A DNA stretch of 64,000 nt, taken from Candidatus Melainabacteria bacterium 17Bon1m (GTDB lineage Bacteria > Cyanobacteriota > Vampirovibrionia > Obscuribacterales > Obscuribacteraceae). Both the position numbers and the translations under genes were made by a program. The stretch covers positions 640,001 through 704,000 of the forward strand of contig JAVLKG010000002.1 in NCBI GenBank assembly GCA_032128875.1. The letters run 5' to 3'. The notes beneath the pieces are model-generated. The model ran no database searches. It worked only from the letters and a program-made list of their open reading frames with translations, and had not been told where the DNA came from. This document shows positions 1 through 12,360 of the stretch, piece after piece (the stretch's first letter is position 1; every line of letters starts with the position of its first letter).

Positions 1-226
1 AATTGGAATGTGTTTTGTTTTTTCTCGGAGTCGGATCAAACGTGCCGTTTCAAAACCGTCGATATCCGGCATTTGTACATCTAAAAGCACCAGCGCATAG
101 TCGTCGGCAAGCAAGCACTTCAGCGCTTCTGCGCCGGATTTTGCAGCCACTAATTCAAGGCGCGAGTCACCTAGCGCCGCAGTCAATGCGGACAGGTTGA
201 GTTGATTGTCATCGACAAGCAATATT

Positions 227-1933
227 TTAACTTGGTCCGTTTTCGCCATCTTGGCTCCTTCTGGATCGAAAGTCTTTTTCATTTGGGCGGGATCTTGTTT
301 TGATCACCCAACTGTCGACCAGGTTTTTCAGCCGCTCGAGAGTAGCTGGTTTGCTGAGGTAATCGTCCATGCCTGCCTGCAGGCATCGCTCTCTGTCGCC
401 TTCCATCGCTTGCGCGGTAAGACCGATGATGGGGGTATGTCTTCCAATTTCGGACTCCGTGTGTCTGATGATGCCGGTGGCTTCAAAGCCGTCCACGTCA
501 GGCATTTGGCAGTCCATCAATATAAGTGAGTATGGAGTTTTCAATGCGGCATCCACCGCTTCGCGTCCGTTGTTGACCGTGTGGCCGACATAGCCTAATT
601 GTTTGAGTTGAAGAACAGTAACCAACTGACTGGTCTTATTGTCGTCGGCAACAAGGATCAGTTTGACTGTATCCGGAGCTTTCGCGGCATCGTTTGTTGT
701 TAAAGCTGGCGCCGCTTTGAGATTTTGATGGCTTCTAAAAGCTGCGCGCCGCTTGCTTTCGCTCGAATCACTATCCGGTTGACCGCCCGTTGCCAGCGGT
801 GAGCGATCGAGACTCACGATGAAAGTAAACGTCGAGCCTTTGCCCATAGTGCTGTCTACTTCGATGGTTCCGCCCATCATATCGACCAATCTCTTTGATA
901 TGGAAAGACCAAGCCCCGTGCCACCATATCGGCGCGTTGTCGCGCCATCCACTTGCGTAAACGGACGGAACAGCAACTGCTTGTCTCGGTCGGACAAGCC
1001 GATTCCGGTATCGCTAACGGACAAGCTTATCGTGACTGATTGTTGATTTTGCGTGACAAGGGCTACTTTGAGATAAATTCCGCCTTTTGAGGTGAACTTG
1101 ATTGCGTTGGACAGTAAATTGATCAGAACTTGACGTATTCGAATGGAATCGCCGCGCAGAACATTTGGAATTGTTGGATCAATTTCAGTTTTTAGATATA
1201 TTCCTTTTTCCGATGCTGCATTTTGCAGCAACTCAATGGTGCCTTCAACGGTGGCACCAAGCTCGAAATCATGAACATCGAGATTGAGCTTTCCGGCTTC
1301 GATTTTTGAGAAATCGAGAATATCGTTGATGATTGTGAGAAGTGCAAGCCCTGAGTCTCGGATCAATGTGGCGAGGTCTTGTTGCTCGGGATCAAGTTTT
1401 GTTTTGAGCAGCAACTCGGCAAGACCGATGACACCACTCATCGGTGTCCGTATTTCATGACTCATATTGGCTAGAAATTCGCCTTTCAGCTTATTTGCTT
1501 GCATCAATTCCTGGCTTTGTCGCTCGAGAATTCTCGACTTGCGATACAGCTCTACGAAAACGGCAACCTTTGAACGCAGAATCTCCGGGGAAATCGGTTT
1601 CAACATGTAATCGACCGCACCATAGGAATAGCCGATCTGAGCTTGAGTCGGCGCGGATTCGGTACCGGTCAAAAAGATGATCGGTGTGTTGCGAGAGCGT
1701 TCGCGTTGCTGGATCAACTTAGCGGTTTCAAAACCGTCGACATCCGGCATTTGCACATCAAGAAGGATAAGCGAGAACTCCTGCTTGAGCATGCATCGCA
1801 GCGCTTCCCTTCCTGAATGCGCTTTAGTAAAGCGAATGCCTGGACCTTGCAGCATTGCTTCAAGGGCCATCAAGTTTTCTTCTTTGTCATCGACAAGAAG
1901 AATATGAGTTGAGGCATCCGTGATTTCAATCAT
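227..1933 (-). CDS. Hybrid sensor histidine kinase/response regulator (REC-HisKA-HATPase-REC)
   Basis: N-terminal REC (ILLVDD...LLDVQMP), H-box [13 protein letters not shown]-box [11 protein letters not shown]-boxes DTGIG and GGTGLGL, C-terminal REC (LMDCQMP). Start set at ATG 1933; the ORF is open to 1969. Confidence 0.93.
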   Translation of the reverse strand: MIEITDASTHILLVDDKEENLMALEAMLQGPGIRFTKAHSGREALRCMLKQEFSLILLDVQMPDVDGFETAKLIQQRERSRNTPIIFLTGTESAPTQAQIGYSYGAVDYMLKPISPEILRSKVAVFVELYRKSRILERQSQELMQANKLKGEFLANMSHEIRTPMSGVIGLAELLLKTKLDPEQQDLATLIRDSGLALLTIINDILDFSKIEAGKLNLDVHDFELGATVEGTIELLQNAASEKGIYLKTEIDPTIPNVLRGDSIRIRQVLINLLSNAIKFTSKGGIYLKVALVTQNQQSVTISLSVSDTGIGLSDRDKQLLFRPFTQVDGATTRRYGGTGLGLSISKRLVDMMGGTIEVDSTMGKGSTFTFIVSLDRSPLATGGQPDSDSSESKRRAAFRSHQNLKAAPALTTNDAAKAPDTVKLILVADDNKTSQLVTVLQLKQLGYVGHTVNNGREAVDAALKTPYSLILMDCQMPDVDGFEATGIIRHTESEIGRHTPIIGLTAQAMEGDRERCLQAGMDDYLSKPATLERLKNLVDSWVIKTRSRPNEKDFRSRRSQDGENGPS

Positions 1934-1986
1934 TTTTCTGATTCCATTATCAGGGGTGTGATTCCACACCCCTGATTACCATTTAT

Positions 1987-4900
1987 TTAGCGGTACAACC
2001 ACACTCTCAAGAGTGAGAGCAGTCTGTCCGTATCAACCGGCTTGGCAATGTAGTCAGAAGCTCCGGAGTCCAGGCACTTCTCGCGGTCTCCTTTCATCGC
2101 TTTTGCAGTAAGAGCAATGATTGGCAAGGTCTTGAACTTCGGCATCTCGCGAATTGCCATAGTCGTCTCGTAGCCGTCCATGCCTGGGAGCATGATGTCC
2201 ATCAAAACAACTGATATGTCTGGCGTATTGTCGAGAATTTCCAGTGCTTCTTTGCCGCTTTCAGCATAGAGCACGTTCATCTCTTGCCGTTCGAGAATGC
2301 TGGTCAATGCGAAGATATTGCGTACGTCGTCATCGACGATGAGCACTTTTCTTCCAACAAGAACAGGATCAGTTTGATGCACCTCCTCGAGCATCTTACG
2401 TTTGTACTCAGGCAGATTGGCTTCGACTCTGTGCAAGAAGAGTGAAGTTTCATCGAGCAGTCTTTCAGGCGATTGAACGTCTTTTACGACCACTGTGTTG
2501 GTTAACTTCTTAATTTCCATTTCTTGCTTTGGTGTCAGTTCCTGCCCGGTGTAAATGACGACGGGCATGTCAGGCATTTGAAGTTCTTTCTGCACTTTGC
2601 GGATGAATTCAATACCTGCCATGTCAGCTAGTTCCAATCCGAGAACAACACAATCAAAGGCGCCGTCCTTCAGCTTGTTGACTGCTTCTTCACCAGTATC
2701 TGCCGTTGCAATTTCAACATCATCGCCCTGAATCAATTCGACAAGAGCATCACGGTGTTCGTGATTGTTGTCGACGATAAGCAGAGATTTACGCTCGCGC
2801 TCGATAAATCCTCTTATGTTGCTGAGCGCATCGACGATGCTGTCCTTGCTGACTGGTTTTTCAAGATAGCCTATGGCACCTTGTCTCAAACCACGCCAGC
2901 GTTGCGAATCAACTGAGATAACGTGCACTGGAATGTGTCTGGTGTTGGGATCGTGCTTGATTCTATCCAGCACTGTCCAACCATCCATATCAGGCAAGTT
3001 GAGGTCGAGAGTGATTGCCTCAGGCTTGTATTTCTTGGCTAATGCCAGAGCGGTTTCACCATCCTGAGCAACAATGCCCTTGAACTCTTTCTCGTGAACA
3101 AGATCGACCATCAGGCTGGCGAAATTCGGATCATCTTCAACAATGAGCACGGTGCGATCGCCTGCTTCGATTGCGTCGCGATCGTCATTGACTGTGAGCT
3201 CATGACGCGGCATTGTTTGCGTCATCGCTTCATAGAGAATCTCCGGTTCGCGATCTTTGGTTGCGTTTTGACCTTGAGTCTTTTGCGCATAGACCTTTGC
3301 TGCTTCCGGCAGGTAGGTCTTAGGAATGTACAGAGTGAATACGCTGCCTTCGTCAGGAGTGCTTATGACGCGAATTTCACCTCCGAGCAATGTGGCGATT
3401 TCGCGGCTGATTGCGAGCCCTAAGCCTGTGCCGCCGAACTTACGGCTAGTTGTGCCGTCAGCCTGGTGGAAGGCTTCGAAGATGATACCTTGCTTGTCGA
3501 ATGGGATGCCGATACCTGTGTCTGAAACAGTGAATGCAATCACTGAATCAGCCATATTCAGCACTTCCATGTCAGGCGACCAACCGGATTCGACGGTTTT
3601 GATATTGAGTGCCACGCTTCCCTTTTCCGTGAACTTGATGGCGTTGGAAAGGAGGTTCTTCAATACCTGGTGCAGACGCTTCCAGTCTGTGTAGACAAGT
3701 TTTGGAGCGTTCTCGTCGACGGCGACTGAGAATTCCAATTTCTTGTCTTCGGCAATTTGGCGGAATCCTCTGTCCATGTCGTTGCGAATGTCGGACACAA
3801 AGATGTCGGACAGTTCGACGGTCATGGTTCCAGATTCAATCTTAGACAGATCGAGGATGTCGCTGATCAATCCCAACAAATCTGTTCCGGATGAATAGAT
3901 TGTGTTGGCGAAATCAATTTGTTTCTCCGTCAAGTTGCCTTCTACGTTTTCGGCAAGTAGCTTGGAGAGAATCAAGAGTGAATTGAGCGGTGTGCGCAGT
4001 TCGTGCGACATGTTTGCAAGGAACTCGGACTTGTACTTGGAAGTAAGAGCAAGCTGTTTTGCTTTTTCTTCCAGTGAGAGTCGAGCTTGTTCGATTTCTC
4101 TGTTCTTGCGTTCGACCTCTTTGTTCTGCATTTGCAGCAATCGAGCTTTTTCTTGCAATTCTTCGTTTGTTTGTTGCAGCTCTTCTTGTTGCTCTGTGAG
4201 CAGGTTTTCTGATTCCTTGAGGTTCTTCGCTTGTTGTTCCAATCGTTGGTTGGTTTCTGTAAGCTCTTGTTGCTGTGCTTGCAGTTCTTGCGCCAATGAC
4301 TGGGACTGAGCCAGAAGGTTTTCTGTTCTGGAGTTGGCTTCGATGGTGTTCAGCACGATACCGATTGATTCGGTGAGCTGATCCAAGAACGCCAAGTGGA
4401 TGTCGCTGAATCGTTGGAAAGATGCCAGCTCGATTACCGCTCGTACTTCACCTTCAAACAGTACCGGCAGAACAACGATGTTTAGCGGTGTTCCTTCGCC
4501 CAGTCCGGAGTTGATTCTGACGTAATCATTTGGCGCGTCGTGAACAAGAATTCTTTGTTTTTCGATAGCGCACTGGCCGACCAGTCCTTCACGCATTCGG
4601 AATCGATCAGATAGATTCTTTCTTTCTCTGTACGCGTAACTACCGATCAACTTCAGCACTTGTTCATTTTCTTCTTCGTCATCGACTTCGTTGAGGTAGA
4701 ACACACCGTGTTGCGCGGTTACCAGTGGTGCCAACTCAGACAAGATCAAGTTTGACACTGTGAGCAAGTCTCTTTGACCTTGTAGCATTCGAGTGAATTT
4801 CGCCAAGTTGGTCTTGAGCCAGTCTTGTTCCGTGTTCTTCTGTGTCGTGTCCTTCAGGTTCCAGATCATTTCGTTGATGTTGTCTTTCAACGCCGCAACT

Positions 4901-7290
4901 TCGCCTTGCGCTTCTACGGTAATCGATCGGGTCAAGTCACCCTTCGTCACGGCGGTTGCTACTTCTGCGATAGCCCGTACCTGTCCGGTCAAGTTCGCAG
5001 CGAGCTGGTTGACGTTGTCTGTGAGATCCCTCCACGTACCGGCGGCACCAGGCACCCTTGCCTGACCACCGAGTTTTCCTTCAACACCTACTTCCCGGGC
5101 AACTGTAGTTACCTGGTCTGCGAATGTCGCCAGAGTGTCGATCATCTCGTTGATGGTGTCTGACAGAGCCGCGATTTCGCCTTTGGCTTGCAAGGCTAGT
5201 TTTCGTTTCAAGTTGCCGACGGCTACCGCGGTTACAACGCCCGCAATACCCCGCACCTGCTCTGTGAGGTTACCTGCCATGGAGTTTACGTTATCGGTTA
5301 GATCTTTCCAAATACCGCCCACCCCTTGTACGTCCGCTTGTCCTCCGAGTTTTCCTTCGGTTCCTACTTCCCGGGCTACCCGTGTAACTTCTGCCGCGAA
5401 AGACGAGAGCTGGTCAACCATGGTGTTGATTGTGTTTTTCAGCTCTAAGATTTCGCCCTTAACGTCTACAGTAATCTTCTTGGACAAGTCGCCTCGGGCT
5501 ACAGATGTCGTAACGTCTGCGATGTTACGCACCTGAGATGTGAGGTTCGACGCCATGTAATTTACGTTGTCCGTCAAATCCTTCCAGGTGCCGGACACAC
5601 CTTTTACATCCGCCTGACCACCGAGTTTTCCTTCCGTACCTACTTCTCTTGCAACCCGTGTTACTTCTGATGCGAATGATGAGAGCTGGTCAACCATGGT
5701 GTTGATTGTGTTTTTCAACTCCAAGATTTCGCCTTTAACGTCTACAGTGATCTTCTTCGAAAGGTCACCGTTCGCAACCGCAGTCGTTACGTCCGCGATG
5801 TTACGTACTTGCGACGTGAGGTTGGACGCCATGTAATTTACCGAGTCGGTCAAATCTTTCCAGGTACCGGACACACCTTTAACGTCCGCCTGACCACCGA
5901 GTTTTCCTTCCGTACCTACTTCTCTTGCAACCCGTGTTACTTCTGCCGCGAATGATGAGAGCTGGTCCACCATGGTGTTGATGGTGTCTTTCAGCTCCAA
6001 GATTTCGCCTTTTACGTCTACGGTAATCTTCTTCGAAAGGTCACCGTTCGCAACTGCGGTCGTAACGTTCGCGATGTTCCGCACCTGAGCTGTCAGGTTG
6101 CCTGCCATGTAATTTACTGAGTCAGTCAAATCCTTCCAGGTACCGGCGACCCCTTTTACTTTCGCCTGACCGCCGAGTTTTCCTTCCGTACCTACTTCTC
6201 TTGCAACCCGTGTTACTTCGGATGCGAAGGAGGACAGCTGATCCACCATTGTGTTGATTGTGATCTTCAACTCCAAGATTTCGCCTTTAACGTCTACGGT
6301 GATCTTCTTCGAAAGGTCACCGTTGGCAACTGCGGTCGTAACGTTCGCGATGTTCCGCACCTGAGCTGTCAGGTTGCCTGCCATCGAATTTACGTTATCG
6401 GTCAAATCCTTCCAGGTGCCGCTGACGCCTTTTACAATCGCCTGACCGCCTAGCTTTCCTTCAGTACCTACTTCCCGGGCAACCCGTGTTACTTCGGATG
6501 CGAAAGAGGACAGCTGGTCCACCATGGTGTTGATGGTGTTTTTGAGCTCCAAGATTTCGCCCTTTACGTCTACCGTAATTTTCTTGGAGAGGTCGCCGTT
6601 TGCAACGGCGGTTGTTACTTCTGCGATGTTCCGCACCTGTGCTGTCAGGTTACTTGCCATCGAGTTTACTGAGTCAGTCAAGTCTTTCCACGTTCCGCTT
6701 ACGCCTTTGACCTGAGCCTGACCGCCGAGTTTTCCTTCGGTACCTACTTCTCTTGCAACCCGTGTTACTTCTGATGCGAATGACGAAAGCTGGTCAACCA
6801 TTGTGTTGATCGTTTTCGCTGTTCGGAGGAACTCCCCTTTGAGTGGCGCTCCATCGATTTCGAGTGACATGGTTTGGCTGAGGTCGCCTTTTGCTACCGC
6901 CCCGATAACCCGGGCAACTTCTGTCGTGGGCCGCACCATGTCTGATACCAGAAGGTTGACTGAGTCCATGCAATCAGCCCAGCCCCCGGACACATCACCA
7001 AGTGACGCGCGGTGACCGATCTTACCTTCCTTACCAACAACGGTTGAGACTCGCTGTAGCTCGCGCACCATGCGCTCATTCAGCTCCGCCGCGTCGTTGA
7101 AAGCTACCGCTATTTCCCCGGCAATGCCGGTCTGGTCGAGCGGCAATCTAACTGAAAAGTCACCGCGAGACAGCATTCGCAGTGCCTTTAGTAATTGCTT
7201 CGCATCGATCACTTCTTTCTCAAGTGTCGCCGGCGACAATTTCTTGCTGCCGTTCGTGTCTGTGGAAGCACGAGATTTGGTTGTTGGCAT
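1987..7290 (-). CDS. Soluble poly-HAMP hybrid histidine kinase (OsaA / group III Nik1-like): HAMP array, GAF, HisKA, HATPase, 3 REC
   Basis: About 8 tandem 92-aa units ([25 protein letters not shown]), GAF (GLVGQCA), H-box [12 protein letters not shown], three receiver domains, no TM segment. Confidence 0.95.
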   Translation of the reverse strand: MPTTKSRASTDTNGSKKLSPATLEKEVIDAKQLLKALRMLSRGDFSVRLPLDQTGIAGEIAVAFNDAAELNERMVRELQRVSTVVGKEGKIGHRASLGDVSGGWADCMDSVNLLVSDMVRPTTEVARVIGAVAKGDLSQTMSLEIDGAPLKGEFLRTAKTINTMVDQLSSFASEVTRVAREVGTEGKLGGQAQVKGVSGTWKDLTDSVNSMASNLTAQVRNIAEVTTAVANGDLSKKITVDVKGEILELKNTINTMVDQLSSFASEVTRVAREVGTEGKLGGQAIVKGVSGTWKDLTDNVNSMAGNLTAQVRNIANVTTAVANGDLSKKITVDVKGEILELKITINTMVDQLSSFASEVTRVAREVGTEGKLGGQAKVKGVAGTWKDLTDSVNYMAGNLTAQVRNIANVTTAVANGDLSKKITVDVKGEILELKDTINTMVDQLSSFAAEVTRVAREVGTEGKLGGQADVKGVSGTWKDLTDSVNYMASNLTSQVRNIADVTTAVANGDLSKKITVDVKGEILELKNTINTMVDQLSSFASEVTRVAREVGTEGKLGGQADVKGVSGTWKDLTDNVNYMASNLTSQVRNIADVTTSVARGDLSKKITVDVKGEILELKNTINTMVDQLSSFAAEVTRVAREVGTEGKLGGQADVQGVGGIWKDLTDNVNSMAGNLTEQVRGIAGVVTAVAVGNLKRKLALQAKGEIAALSDTINEMIDTLATFADQVTTVAREVGVEGKLGGQARVPGAAGTWRDLTDNVNQLAANLTGQVRAIAEVATAVTKGDLTRSITVEAQGEVAALKDNINEMIWNLKDTTQKNTEQDWLKTNLAKFTRMLQGQRDLLTVSNLILSELAPLVTAQHGVFYLNEVDDEEENEQVLKLIGSYAYRERKNLSDRFRMREGLVGQCAIEKQRILVHDAPNDYVRINSGLGEGTPLNIVVLPVLFEGEVRAVIELASFQRFSDIHLAFLDQLTESIGIVLNTIEANSRTENLLAQSQSLAQELQAQQQELTETNQRLEQQAKNLKESENLLTEQQEELQQTNEELQEKARLLQMQNKEVERKNREIEQARLSLEEKAKQLALTSKYKSEFLANMSHELRTPLNSLLILSKLLAENVEGNLTEKQIDFANTIYSSGTDLLGLISDILDLSKIESGTMTVELSDIFVSDIRNDMDRGFRQIAEDKKLEFSVAVDENAPKLVYTDWKRLHQVLKNLLSNAIKFTEKGSVALNIKTVESGWSPDMEVLNMADSVIAFTVSDTGIGIPFDKQGIIFEAFHQADGTTSRKFGGTGLGLAISREIATLLGGEIRVISTPDEGSVFTLYIPKTYLPEAAKVYAQKTQGQNATKDREPEILYEAMTQTMPRHELTVNDDRDAIEAGDRTVLIVEDDPNFASLMVDLVHEKEFKGIVAQDGETALALAKKYKPEAITLDLNLPDMDGWTVLDRIKHDPNTRHIPVHVISVDSQRWRGLRQGAIGYLEKPVSKDSIVDALSNIRGFIERERKSLLIVDNNHEHRDALVELIQGDDVEIATADTGEEAVNKLKDGAFDCVVLGLELADMAGIEFIRKVQKELQMPDMPVVIYTGQELTPKQEMEIKKLTNTVVVKDVQSPERLLDETSLFLHRVEANLPEYKRKMLEEVHQTDPVLVGRKVLIVDDDVRNIFALTSILERQEMNVLYAESGKEALEILDNTPDISVVLMDIMLPGMDGYETTMAIREMPKFKTLPIIALTAKAMKGDREKCLDSGASDYIAKPVDTDRLLSLLRVWLYR
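4860..7060 (-). repeat. 276-nt tandem coding repeats (HAMP array)
   Basis: Near-identical segments recur at 276-nt spacing (e.g. the ttccagg segments near 5580, 5856, 6132, 6408); boundaries approximate. Confidence 0.85.
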
Positions 7291-7742
7291 GGGCGGTTTT
7301 TCCGTATGTTGTTTTTGAGGGCGAACTATGGGCGTTTTGCGGATTTAACAGTGAAATTAACAAAAATTGCCAAGCGGAAAGAGCGCGGGACGTCTCCCGC
7401 GATATATAAAGGACTTCTTTTTATGTTCCACGATTGCATCGTATCGCGCTCACTCCATGTGGGCATCGCGCAACGTCGGTATGACGCGTCAGGTGAGACT
7501 AGTCACGCGGGATAAAGTTCCCACGTATTTATTGAGTTTCCAGACTTTAATGGTGGGAAGTGTACAGATTCCCGAATATTAAATCTGCCATTTAATCTTA
7601 GGTAAAACGCGGCAGAGCCCAGGCTGGAGCTGCAATTTGGTCTGAGAACGAACAGTATGGAGCATGCACTCGTTCGGGGTCTGACCAAACACCCTCCCTT
7701 GGAATCTGTCTGATTCGGTGGCCTCTCGGGACGAAAGTGACC

Positions 7743-9080
7743 CTAAAAAGTGTGATTTGAACCTGCAGTAGTTTCTGTGCCTGAGTTTCCGTTGATTGCG
7801 AGCGCCTGGCGGACTTTTCGGTTCATGCTCAGAGACTTGGCGACCATGTCCATGAATTTTGCGCCGCCCTGCGCGTTTAGGTGGGCAGTATCTTGGAAGT
7901 CGGAATCATGGAAGATCCAGTGGCTGTTCAGATCGATGAATGAAAACTCGCCACGCTGCGCGCGCGCATTCATTTCCGTCATGTACTTCTCGTACATTCC
8001 TTTCGGCATCAAAGACATGTTTTTCTCAGTGAGAGGCATGTTTGCCACCACTACTTTCACATTGTTGGCTTTTGCGTCTGACAGCAATTTATCGAAAAAT
8101 GCAATTTGATTTTGGAACAATTTTTCGTTCGGTGAAGCGAAGCGTTTTTTATACTCTCGAGTGTTATCTTTCCACGGAATTACCTGATGTGGTGGCAGTA
8201 CGAAATTGCCTTCTGTGACCGTTGCATTACCGAGAATATTGCCATCACCTTTTTCGTCGGTACCTTTCGCATCGAAGTTCGAAATCGGAATTCCTGACAG
8301 CGCACTCTTGCCTGCTTCATTAAGTGGCTTGGAGAAGTAGGTCTGCAATTCCAATCGCTTGTCGGAAAGATAATTGATGTTGTTGTAAAACGCTTCTGCT
8401 GCGGCTTGTGGGGAAACAGTCAGAAGGTGCCGAACATCATTTGTTTTGTCGAAGTGACGAAAAAATTGGTAGGTAGGTGTGGAAGTTGCTGAATCAACAC
8501 CACTGTCGATAAAGTCTCTGAGGGTCAGACCCAGTAGTATCACTTTTGGTGCCCGCTCGCCATTGAAAAGTGAGTGCTCTGTGAAATACTGGTCGGAAAT
8601 CATCGCGCCTGGCAAGGCAAAGTTGAAACACGAAATTCCTTTTGGTGCGCCAACTTCTTGCAGCTTATTTTCCAGGAAAACAGAGTGAGGATGCTTTACT
8701 GCGTCGATATTCTTGTTGAGAAAATCTGCGTCAATTAGTGATGTGGGAATCATCATCAATGACGAACCCATTACCACCACATCTGGTGCCTTAGGTTCTG
8801 CCAAATAGGATTTGGTGCGCCACCATTCCCAGGACAAACGCACGGGCAATTCGGTCGGCTTAACCTGTAGGTTAGGTTTGATGACCGAAAGTGCAATGTT
8901 GATTCCAGCGAAGGCGATCAGGGCGCAAACAATCGGACGTCCGGGGATAACGGACAGCCATGATTTCTTATCCTGCTTTTCTTCTGACATTTTCTCGCTT
9001 TCGCAAAATGGGTGAGGCTTTTCGCCGCCCGGCTCATAATTGTAAAGGTGATTGGGCTCCCCGTAGCCGACATTAACCAT
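7743..9080 (-). CDS. Membrane-anchored SGNH-hydrolase-like (DUF1574/DltD-like) protein
   Basis: N-terminal TM helix, VVMGSS block I, C-terminal D-x-x-H (FQDTAHLN); true start may be the downstream Met (MSEEKQ). Confidence 0.65.
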   Translation of the reverse strand: MVNVGYGEPNHLYNYEPGGEKPHPFCESEKMSEEKQDKKSWLSVIPGRPIVCALIAFAGINIALSVIKPNLQVKPTELPVRLSWEWWRTKSYLAEPKAPDVVVMGSSLMMIPTSLIDADFLNKNIDAVKHPHSVFLENKLQEVGAPKGISCFNFALPGAMISDQYFTEHSLFNGERAPKVILLGLTLRDFIDSGVDSATSTPTYQFFRHFDKTNDVRHLLTVSPQAAAEAFYNNINYLSDKRLELQTYFSKPLNEAGKSALSGIPISNFDAKGTDEKGDGNILGNATVTEGNFVLPPHQVIPWKDNTREYKKRFASPNEKLFQNQIAFFDKLLSDAKANNVKVVVANMPLTEKNMSLMPKGMYEKYMTEMNARAQRGEFSFIDLNSHWIFHDSDFQDTAHLNAQGGAKFMDMVAKSLSMNRKVRQALAINGNSGTETTAGSNHTF

Positions 9081-9331
9081 TAGTTAGGTGCCAAATCTGG
9101 AAAGCCTAGCTATTTGGGGCTCTCGGCTTATACTGTCGGTAATAATGAGCATTTGCTTATGTGTATGCCTCTAGTACTCAAGGGCGAAGCCAGTGATTCG
9201 GATTTGAGTCGCGAAACGCTGCGCCAGTGAGGATTTTCGTGTCCTCCACAATTCCTCCATATTCTCCATCCTCAATACATCCTCTTTAAATAGGATTTCT
9301 ACATGGCGAAGCAGCCCCCGCGTTAAGCGCC

Positions 9332-10126
9332 TTGCGCCTTTTCCGTCCTCTGAGGATTGAGTTGATGCAAATGAAATTTGAGTTCTTTGGCAGCAATGGT
9401 AAAACTCCAGGTTTTGCACGTCGTGTCTCTGCGCTTTTGGCAATTTCCGCACTTATGTTGGGTCAAAAGTGTTTTTCCGCGAACGAATCAGATACCTACC
9501 GCAACTGGCAAGCGACAGCAAAAACTACTCAGTTAGGGCAGCAGCTTCTGAGCATGATGAACGCAGTCTCGCGATCGATAAGCGTCAATCCGGCCGACAA
9601 ATATTCTCTATTTCGCCGAGCATATCTGTATGGAACGATTGGATGCACTGAATCAGCCTTGACTGATTTGACTCGAGTCATTGCAATCGATCCGAGCTTT
9701 GCTGCTGCCTACACCGAGCGAGCAAATTGCTACATGGATTTGAAGAACTACGAGCGCGCATTATTCGATCTAAATCGCGCGATTGTATTGGATCCACGAT
9801 CTGGTGATGCTCTTTATACTCGTGGTCGTTTGATGCTCCTAATGAATAAGCCGAGCCTTGCTCTCAATGATTTACGCCGCAGCCAGAGTAGTGAGTGTAA
9901 GTTTGCGCCTGCCTTACCGGGTGAACTGCCGGCTAATCACTATGACGCAACCGACTATTATCTTGGTGTTGCCTACGAGGCAATGGATAAAAAGGATGAT
10001 GCAATCAGGCATTTTCAAGCATCACTGAAAACTCCGCGACTGGGATCAGTTGGCTTCATCCATCGTTATGCGGATCAACCGCTTGATGCGAAGTACAGAG
10101 TGAGTATGTTGGAAAACGGGTATTGA
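9332..10126 (+). CDS. Tetratricopeptide repeat protein, probably exported
   Basis: TPR-like helices (AAAYTERANCY, ALYTRGRL, YYLGVAY) and a hydrophobic N-terminal segment; start uncertain. Confidence 0.8.
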   Translation: MRLFRPLRIELMQMKFEFFGSNGKTPGFARRVSALLAISALMLGQKCFSANESDTYRNWQATAKTTQLGQQLLSMMNAVSRSISVNPADKYSLFRRAYLYGTIGCTESALTDLTRVIAIDPSFAAAYTERANCYMDLKNYERALFDLNRAIVLDPRSGDALYTRGRLMLLMNKPSLALNDLRRSQSSECKFAPALPGELPANHYDATDYYLGVAYEAMDKKDDAIRHFQASLKTPRLGSVGFIHRYADQPLDAKYRVSMLENGY

Positions 10127-10512
10127 ACTGGAAACTCATAATTCTTGCACTATATATGATGCTCTTTATGAGTGTTCCAGCCGTTGCTTGCAATGAGAAT
10201 ACGAAGTTACAAACAAAATCTGCTTGCCAAAAGCAATCAGTAACCAAAAGACTTTTGGCGAGCAGAATATTTGTACCGACGCAGAAGGGACAGGTAGGAA
10301 CCAACAAAACTAGAAATGCAAAATTGGCTGCAGGCAGAAACAATACTTCGAGTCCATGGAAATTGTTGACGTCCTTGTACTCAGAAGAATCAGCCACCAA
10401 GCCAGCTGTCAGTTTTTGTAGCGCAAAAATCGAAAGAAAGTCCCTTCGATCAAAAGGTTCAAATTGCAGAAAGAATCCATGGCGTAAATTGAGCGAACTC
10501 TTTTCGTACTGA
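10123..10512 (+). CDS. Small basic exported hypothetical protein
   Basis: Signal-peptide-like N-terminus; TTG start overlaps the TPR gene stop; duplicated PW(K/R)xL(T/S)xL(Y/F)S motif. Confidence 0.5.
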   Translation: MNWKLIILALYMMLFMSVPAVACNENTKLQTKSACQKQSVTKRLLASRIFVPTQKGQVGTNKTRNAKLAAGRNNTSSPWKLLTSLYSEESATKPAVSFCSAKIERKSLRSKGSNCRKNPWRKLSELFSY

Positions 10513-10546
10513 AGAATTTTTGTGTTGTTTGAACCTTTTCGACAAT

Positions 10547-11257
10547 TTATTCATTTCCGGCTTTCGCTTCGTAACGGTAGCCGACACCGTATACGGCGTG
10601 AATCAATTCCTGCCCTGGAAGAGCTTTTGCCAACTTCTTTCTGACGTTCTTAACATGGCTGTCGATCACTCTATCGAATACCATTTGTTCTTGCTGATAG
10701 CAAAGTTCCAACAACTGATTTCTCGAAAATACGCGTCCAGGTTTTGACACAAAGAGCTTGAGCAAGCGAAACTCTGTTGGCGTCAAATCGAGGACAATGC
10801 CATTGACTGTGATTCTGCCCTGGTCATCGTCTATCTTGAAGAGTTTGGACTCTGGCTCTGCACCACCAGCCGCACGCGATCTTCTGAAGACTGCTTTCAC
10901 GCGAGCGACTACTTCTCGCGGGCTAAATGGCTTGCAAATGTAATCATCTGCGCCGAGTTCAAGACCTAGTAATCTGTCTAATTCGTCAATTCGCGCGCTG
11001 ACAATTATGATTGGGACAAGTGAAAACTTTCGAATCTCTTTGCAAATTTCCAGACCATCTCCGCCTGGCAGCATCACATCCAGAAGAATAAGTGATGGCG
11101 GATTTTTGCGAACCAATTCGACGATTTTATCACCGCGATCCTGATGCTCGACGTCGAAACCATTTTGGCGAAGGTAGTCGGTGAGGATTTCGGCTATGCG
11201 CCTCTCATCCTCGACGATCAAAATTCTTTCCTTCTTTTCCGGCGCTTCAACCACCAC
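10547..11257 (-). CDS. baeR: OmpR-family response regulator (BaeR-like)
   Basis: REC (IVEDE, LLDVMLP, GADDYICKPFSPREV) plus winged helix (LTPTEFRLL, IDSHVKNVRKK, VYGVGY). Confidence 0.85.
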   Translation of the reverse strand: MVVEAPEKKERILIVEDERRIAEILTDYLRQNGFDVEHQDRGDKIVELVRKNPPSLILLDVMLPGGDGLEICKEIRKFSLVPIIIVSARIDELDRLLGLELGADDYICKPFSPREVVARVKAVFRRSRAAGGAEPESKLFKIDDDQGRITVNGIVLDLTPTEFRLLKLFVSKPGRVFSRNQLLELCYQQEQMVFDRVIDSHVKNVRKKLAKALPGQELIHAVYGVGYRYEAKAGNE

Positions 11258-12356
11258 GAAGCCCTCTTGCAGTCGGCAGAACTACTTCTATTCTTATTCC
11301 ACCAAGGTCGGATTTAGACGCGGTAATGCTGCCTGAGTGTGCTTCAATGATCGTTTTACAAATTGCCAGACCCAATCCTGAGCCACCAAGCTCTCGGCTT
11401 CTTGATGCTTCTACTCTGAAAAAACGATCAAAGATTTTTGGAATAAGTTCTTCTGGAATGCCGGGCGGCGAATCGTCAAATCTCATCACAACCGCACTTG
11501 GTGATTTTTCCATCGATAATTTGAGTTTCCCGCCTTTGTCCGTGTACCTAAGCGAGTTTTCTAGCAGGTTGATAAAGACCTGGCGCATGCGATTGTTATC
11601 TGCATAGACAGTGCATGATTCGTTGAGGATAGCGCTTTTATCAATAGTCAGTCCTTTCTCGGCAAAGCGCTCTTCGAAGATTTCCGCGACATCTTGCAAT
11701 GTCGAGGCGACATCAATCGGAATGAATGAGTGTTTTAGATTGCCAACATCGAATCGTGCCAACCAATGCAAGTCATCGACTAGTTTGCTTAGACCCATAA
11801 TCTCTGCGTGTAACACCTGCAAAGTCTTTGGCGTTACTTCTTGCACGCCGTCTTGAAAGGCTTCCACCTGGGCGCGCAATATTGCAATCGGTGTGCGTAA
11901 TTCATGCGATGTATCTGCCATCCATTGCTTGTGGTTTTGGTCTTGATTGTTGAGAGATGCGGCCAGACTATTGAGTTCGTTTCCCAACTGACCGAATTCG
12001 TCAGAACGCAGATGTTCAATTCTTGTATTCACATCACCATCGACAAGCTTTCTCGTGCCTTCAGATATGGTGCGCACTCCCTCGGTCAAGTCTTTGGTTA
12101 GGAAATAGGTCGCAGCAAAAGTAACTGCAGAAACTCCAATACCAACTAAAAACAATTCGAAAGTTTGCTTATTGTCGAACTCTTGCCGAAGCTGTACGAG
12201 CTTCATTAAGTCATTCACCGAATGGAGCGCCTTTTCGTTGTATGCACTGATGTCCGGCCATAGTCCGAACGAAGCATAGATTACAAGTATTAGAAGAGTC
12301 GACAAAGAAACCGCAATTGCGGCAAACAGAAGTTTTTTTTCTACGTTGAGGTGCAT
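11247..12356 (-). CDS. baeS: Sensor histidine kinase (BaeS-like; 2 TM, HAMP, HisKA, HATPase)
   Basis: SHELRTP, NLLENSLRYT, RFFRVEASRSRELGGSGLGL; probable start ATG 12356, 4 nt after the upstream gene's stop. Confidence 0.85.
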   Translation of the reverse strand: MHLNVEKKLLFAAIAVSLSTLLILVIYASFGLWPDISAYNEKALHSVNDLMKLVQLRQEFDNKQTFELFLVGIGVSAVTFAATYFLTKDLTEGVRTISEGTRKLVDGDVNTRIEHLRSDEFGQLGNELNSLAASLNNQDQNHKQWMADTSHELRTPIAILRAQVEAFQDGVQEVTPKTLQVLHAEIMGLSKLVDDLHWLARFDVGNLKHSFIPIDVASTLQDVAEIFEERFAEKGLTIDKSAILNESCTVYADNNRMRQVFINLLENSLRYTDKGGKLKLSMEKSPSAVVMRFDDSPPGIPEELIPKIFDRFFRVEASRSRELGGSGLGLAICKTIIEAHSGSITASKSDLGGIRIEVVLPTARGLRGG

Positions 12357-12360
12357 GTTG

